The notes beneath the pieces were generated by a model that was not told the origin of the DNA, made no database searches, and saw only the letters and a program-made list of their open reading frames with translations. Shown piece by piece: positions 59,734 to 64,000 of a DNA stretch of 64,000 nucleotides. Both the position numbers and the translations under genes were made by a program. Numbering within the stretch: the first letter of the stretch is position 1; the number at the start of each line of letters is the position of its first letter. The DNA comes from a virus: IMG/VR virus record IMGVR_UViG_3300019763_000006, positions 1 to 64,000 of that record; one strand, 5' to 3'.

Positions 59734-60677
59734 TGATAGATAAGTTTAAACTTAATGGCTGTATAAAATCACCTTTTGATGCTAATGATTATATTTGTAA
59801 AGATATTATACCAAATAATTTAATTGTCCCTAAAAATTATAAGAGTGAATACAATAAAGTATTACACCAAGGACATGTAAATAGTTGCGTGGCTCATACT
59901 TGTGCAAATATCACACATATAACGACTTATAAAGAAGAAAATATTTTTAAAGATTTTTCTGTCGGTTTTGTATATGGTAATAGAAAAAATGGATATTGGC
60001 AAGGCGAAGGTATGATACAAAGAGAAGCTATGAAAATATTAAAAAATAATGGCATTTGTGAAAAAGAGATGTTTGATTATAATATTGAAGTGCCTAGATT
60101 ATATAAAATATTTAATGATAATATTAATAATAGTATTTTGTCAAATGCAAAAAATTATAGAATTACAAGTTATTATACTTTAAATAATGTAAATGATGTT
60201 AAAAAATCCTTATTTTTAAATGGAGCTTGTACTATTGGCGTAAAAATTAAAGGTGAGGAATTTTATCATTTAAATAAAGAAAATTATATTCTTCATGATA
60301 GTAAAAAAGGTGATAAAGTACATGGAGGTCATTGTATGACAGTTATTGGTTATACAGAGATAGATGGAAAAGTTTATTATATTGTTTTGAATTCTTGGGG
60401 TGAAAATTGGGGAAATAGTGGGGAGTTTTTAATTGCACATGATAATAATATGATATTTGAAATGTGGGGTATAACTGATAAATATTTACCTTCTAATAAT
60501 GGTAAGTGGTATTTAGCATTAAACAAAAAACCTATCAGAAGTTTTAAACAAACTAATGGTAAATCTGTTAGAAAAATAAAACAATTTTATTATGTTGTTG
60601 AAGAATTCTTTACAGATAAAAATAAAGCAGAGCAATATTGTAAAGAAAATAATTGTAAAATTTATATAGATAGGTGA
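59733..60677 (+). CDS. Papain-like (C1) cysteine peptidase
   Basis: QGHVNSCVAH (Q,C), GGHCM (H), LNSWGENWG (N). Confidence 0.9.
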   Translation: MIDKFKLNGCIKSPFDANDYICKDIIPNNLIVPKNYKSEYNKVLHQGHVNSCVAHTCANITHITTYKEENIFKDFSVGFVYGNRKNGYWQGEGMIQREAMKILKNNGICEKEMFDYNIEVPRLYKIFNDNINNSILSNAKNYRITSYYTLNNVNDVKKSLFLNGACTIGVKIKGEEFYHLNKENYILHDSKKGDKVHGGHCMTVIGYTEIDGKVYYIVLNSWGENWGNSGEFLIAHDNNMIFEMWGITDKYLPSNNGKWYLALNKKPIRSFKQTNGKSVRKIKQFYYVVEEFFTDKNKAEQYCKENNCKIYIDR

Positions 60678-60681
60678 TAAA

Positions 60682-61071
60682 ATGGAAATTTTAATGAATA
60701 ATATAGAAAAATTAACTCCATATGCAGTTGTAGTAATATTATTAATTTTAATTGTATCAAAATGGGGCGGTAAAATATTGGATAAGATACCTTCAGTAGA
60801 TAATAAAAAAAAGAAAAAATCAGATGGGGTATATATGGCTTTATCTAAAGCATTAGATGATTTAACGAAACAAACGTTACAATCTAATGAACAAATGAAT
60901 AATTTAATTACTTTAGTAGTACAAAGTATAGAAAAAACCAACGAAGATAATGAGAAAATGAGAGAAGAAATCATGGCACTTTCAAAAGAAAATCGTGATA
61001 ATATTGTACAACAAACCAATGTTTTAACTTCACTTTTACAAGCTTATTTAGGTGGTGGTAAACGTGATTAA
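60682..61071 (+). CDS. BhlA-like holin/membrane protein
   Basis: N-terminal TM plus coiled coil. Confidence 0.5.
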   Translation: MEILMNNIEKLTPYAVVVILLILIVSKWGGKILDKIPSVDNKKKKKSDGVYMALSKALDDLTKQTLQSNEQMNNLITLVVQSIEKTNEDNEKMREEIMALSKENRDNIVQQTNVLTSLLQAYLGGGKRD

Positions 61072-61327
61072 TTTTATAGGATTATTAATATTAGTAATTT
61101 TAACAATTATTCTTATATATGTAATTATTAAGACATTTGTTTGCCATTCAAAAAATAAAAAAATCAATGACAAGGTGCTATATCAATTTGCAAATTCGAT
61201 ACAAATTAATAGTGAAAAAATTAAAAAGAACAGAGAAAATTTTGAAGTTAAAAATAAAGATATCATAAAAAATATGACAATAATGTTGGGAGGAAAGACA
61301 GATGAATTTAATAGGCATAATCACTAG
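61052..61327 (+). CDS. Single-TM protein (holin-like)
   Basis: N-terminal TM plus basic tail. Confidence 0.5.
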   Translation: MVVNVINFIGLLILVILTIILIYVIIKTFVCHSKNKKINDKVLYQFANSIQINSEKIKKNRENFEVKNKDIIKNMTIMLGGKTDEFNRHNH

Positions 61328-61979
61328 TTTGGTTTTTATTATATGCTGTGTATATATTGGTATTCCTTCTATACTGTCATGGAAGAAAGCAAAAGAGAAT
61401 CATGAATTTATATTTAATTTTGGAGTTAGTTTTATTATTCTTGCATTTACATTTGTAATATATTTTACTAGTGAATTTACAGATATGAGTAGTTTTGTTT
61501 TAACAATTCATTTATTAGATACTTTTGTATTTTTTAAACAATTACAAGCAATAGAATATATAATGCGTAAGTGTGATATTGGTAAAAATAGTAAAAAATT
61601 AAGAATAGGTACAAATATGGTTACGTTTATTTTTATATTAATGTTTGGATGTAGCTTATATGGATATGGACTAGATGGTAGCCATATTGGTATGCAAGGA
61701 TTACAAATAATTGGATATTTACCATTAGATATTTTATTTGAAGTTTGTCATACATTAATTGCATTTTATATTTTTTATAGATTAACGAATTACAATGGAT
61801 TTATATATCTAAAAATAGGTTTTTTATTTGTTGCAATGAGTGAAATTTTTCAATTATTAAATATTATTATGTATAATTATAATATGGCATTACTTTATAT
61901 TTTTGAATGGATATTAGCAAATGCAGGAATACTATTAATGTTTATTTCTACATTTTTGACTTTACGAAAGGAAGAATAA
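61302..61979 (+). CDS. Polytopic (~7 TM) membrane protein
   Basis: About seven hydrophobic segments in 225 aa; RBS GGAGG. Confidence 0.7.
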   Translation: MNLIGIITSLVFIICCVYIGIPSILSWKKAKENHEFIFNFGVSFIILAFTFVIYFTSEFTDMSSFVLTIHLLDTFVFFKQLQAIEYIMRKCDIGKNSKKLRIGTNMVTFIFILMFGCSLYGYGLDGSHIGMQGLQIIGYLPLDILFEVCHTLIAFYIFYRLTNYNGFIYLKIGFLFVAMSEIFQLLNIIMYNYNMALLYIFEWILANAGILLMFISTFLTLRKEE

Positions 61980-61980
61980 T

Positions 61981-62301
61981 ATGAAACCAAAATCTAATAA
62001 ATGTGCAATAACTTTATTAATTGTATTAATAATAGTAATATCTTTTACATTTTTGTTTTTTGGATTGCATTTAAATAAAAAAAATATTCATAATGCTACA
62101 AGAGAAGAAATAAGAGCTGCTCTATATAGTGAAAATTATGATGGATTAGTAGATGAAATAGTTATATATTTATCTAATAATAAAAATTGTAATATAGATA
62201 ATTTAAAAGTAATCAATGGAATTGGAGATGAAAAAGTTAAAGAATTAAAATTAGTTTTTAGAGATAATATTAGTTTTAAACATTTTTATGAATATGAGTA
62301 A
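61981..62301 (+). CDS. Second membrane-anchored ComEA-like HhH protein
   Basis: TM then NIHNATREEI...IDNLKVINGIGDEKVKELK. Confidence 0.7.
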   Translation: MKPKSNKCAITLLIVLIIVISFTFLFFGLHLNKKNIHNATREEIRAALYSENYDGLVDEIVIYLSNNKNCNIDNLKVINGIGDEKVKELKLVFRDNISFKHFYEYE

Positions 62302-62318
62302 AAAGGGGAGAAATACTG

Positions 62319-63278
62319 ATGAATTTACAACAAATAGGAATGTCTATATTAAAAAAATGGTATCATAAAAATAATTTAGTAATGGATTCAATAAATGGTG
62401 AAAAAAATGTGGCGCTATTTGTTGAAGGATTAGGAAGTTATAAAGGTACTAAGAATAAATATCATCCAAATGGAAGATTAGGTGCTTGTGTATTCGTGTT
62501 TCATGGGAACGAATTAGTTTATTATTCACAAAATGCTAGTACATTACCTGATAAACCACAAGATTTAGATAATAAATTAAAAAAATACAATGGTGGCACT
62601 CCAATACCTACTACTATGATTGGTTCAAATAAACTATATACTAAATATCATGGTAAAAGTAAACCTGAAACTGCTTGTGAGTTAGAATATAGAAATGGTA
62701 GAGTTAATGTGATTAGAAATAGTGGTATAAGCTATTCAACAGGAATAAATATACATCATAGAACTTCAGCATATGATAATTCAAGATATTCATGGTCTAC
62801 TGGATGTTTAACTATATTACATGATAAAAAGCAAAATATGAGTGATTATAGTAAGTTTAGAGAAGGTATTGGTATTACTAAAAACGGTAAATATATAGGA
62901 AATGAAAAAAATATAGGCATTTCTATTATTGATAGAAGTATGATAAGTGAAGATTTAATTAGTCTTTATATGGATATTTATGGCGAATATTTTGATAAAG
63001 CATTTAATATTCAAGATAAAATAAATACAAATACTACTATTCCAATTAATAAATCTAAAGACAAATTAAATTTAATTATTAACGATAATTTTGAACAATT
63101 AGATGGATTTATCAAGGATGGAAAATCTTATATTGAATTTACAGATTTTCTAAAATCTATTAATTTAGATTATTTAGTTAAAAATGGGAAACATTTTGTT
63201 GAATTAAGAAATTCTTATGAAACTATGGGTAAAAAAGTTTCATGGGATAATAAAAATAAAATAATTAAAATAGATTAA
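62319..63278 (+). CDS. Putative endolysin: L,D-transpeptidase-like catalytic domain plus amine-oxidase-N-type C-terminal domain
   Basis: GINIHH...WSTGCLTI (His...S-x-GC); C-terminal IKDGKSYI...VELR...GKKVSWD. Confidence 0.6.
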   Translation: MNLQQIGMSILKKWYHKNNLVMDSINGEKNVALFVEGLGSYKGTKNKYHPNGRLGACVFVFHGNELVYYSQNASTLPDKPQDLDNKLKKYNGGTPIPTTMIGSNKLYTKYHGKSKPETACELEYRNGRVNVIRNSGISYSTGINIHHRTSAYDNSRYSWSTGCLTILHDKKQNMSDYSKFREGIGITKNGKYIGNEKNIGISIIDRSMISEDLISLYMDIYGEYFDKAFNIQDKINTNTTIPINKSKDKLNLIINDNFEQLDGFIKDGKSYIEFTDFLKSINLDYLVKNGKHFVELRNSYETMGKKVSWDNKNKIIKID

Positions 63279-63291
63279 AGGAGAGAAATCT

Positions 63292-63618
63292 ATGGATAAA
63301 AAAGTAAATATAGATAAAAATAATCAAATTAAATTTCAGAATACAATGACCAGGAAAAAATATGAATTTTCAAAAATATTTACAATTATAACTTTTATTA
63401 CTATGGTAGTTCATTTAATTTGTACTATAGCTTTTAAAATTAAAGATGTAGATATATTACCTATTTTTACAACTATGATACCAATTTATTTAACTATATT
63501 TGGTGGATATTTTGGTAAAAGTGGTTTTGAAAATCATGCAAAAATCAAAATGAATACTTATGATAGTTATAGCGATAACGATGGTTTTGAAATAAATGAT
63601 GATGGAGAAATACAATGA
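63292..63618 (+). CDS. Holin-like 2-TM protein
   Basis: EFSKI-TM-TM-GGYFGKSGFEN. Confidence 0.6.
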   Translation: MDKKVNIDKNNQIKFQNTMTRKKYEFSKIFTIITFITMVVHLICTIAFKIKDVDILPIFTTMIPIYLTIFGGYFGKSGFENHAKIKMNTYDSYSDNDGFEINDDGEIQ

Positions 63619-63770
63619 ATCAAGAAGAATTAAAATTAATTGGAGAACTAGATAATATACTTTCTATAATGAAATGTAAAGCAACTACTCCAGTTTTTAA
63701 AAATTTAATTAAATTATTTCAAAGAGAACTTGCGAAACATCTAATACAATAATAGAGAAGGAGAGATATT

Positions 63771-64000
63771 ATGGATATAAGTATGGTTTATGTATTGATT
63801 ATTATGGTAATTACAATTTTATTATCAATAGGTGTAAATTGGTTAGTTAAGAAAAAATATATTGATGAAAGTAGTATCGTACTAGTTGCACAAATTCTTG
63901 GAGTTGCAAGTGGTATAGTTTCAGAAATGGGATTTAAAGACCCTAAAATAGTTAAAATTTCTGAAATAGTTAAAACTGCAATAGATGGAATTTTACAAGA
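63771..64000 (+). CDS. Holin-like membrane protein, runs off window
   Basis: RBS AAGGAGAG; MDISMVYVLIIMVITILLSIGVNWLVKKK... Confidence 0.55.
   Translation, partial: MDISMVYVLIIMVITILLSIGVNWLVKKKYIDESSIVLVAQILGVASGIVSEMGFKDPKIVKISEIVKTAIDGILQ

Noticed and set aside
14550-61019. Track ORFs antisense to or nested in long genes (e.g. 16790, 25231, 32366, 41655, 46058, 50255, 54240, 55474, 60519)
   Set aside because: Shadow frames of well-supported genes, with no independent RBS or promoter seen.
61302-61979. Microbial rhodopsin
   Set aside because: No retinal-binding Lys in the last helix.
1-64000. Stop-codon reassignment
   Set aside because: Long genes are intact in the standard code and the only tRNA is a normal Trp(CCA).

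Overview
The window is a very AT-rich segment of a large tailed dsDNA phage or prophage of low-GC Firmicutes (probably Clostridia; inference), organised like Bacillus phage SPbeta. 1-8.6 kb: minus-strand array of small early or host-takeover-type genes, most with their own sigma-A promoter, RBS and terminator or long hairpin. It includes a polyvalent-type protein, a SprT-like protease and a perfect host-type parS. 7.6-14.2 kb: largely non-coding, repeat-rich region with a strongly C-rich/G-poor tract (candidate terminus, pac or ori), an SF2-helicase-like gene and two repeat-flanked accessory genes. 15.7-18.2 kb: YonO-like single-subunit RNA polymerase. 18.8-64 kb: plus-strand late region with beta-CASP nuclease, metallophosphoesterase, ClpP, terminase, portal, protease/scaffold, capsid, neck, tail tube, tape measure, baseplate/fibres and lysis/membrane genes. 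It is interrupted at 38.3-43.4 kb by a tyrosine recombinase, several predicted structured RNAs, tRNA-Trp and a zinc-finger endonuclease. Best candidate for an undescribed system: a separately promoted 208-aa coiled-coil gene followed by a ~350-nt structured RNA whose nested closing stems enclose an array of ~14 UAAA units. All calls come from motifs read by eye and from synteny; no database searches were run.
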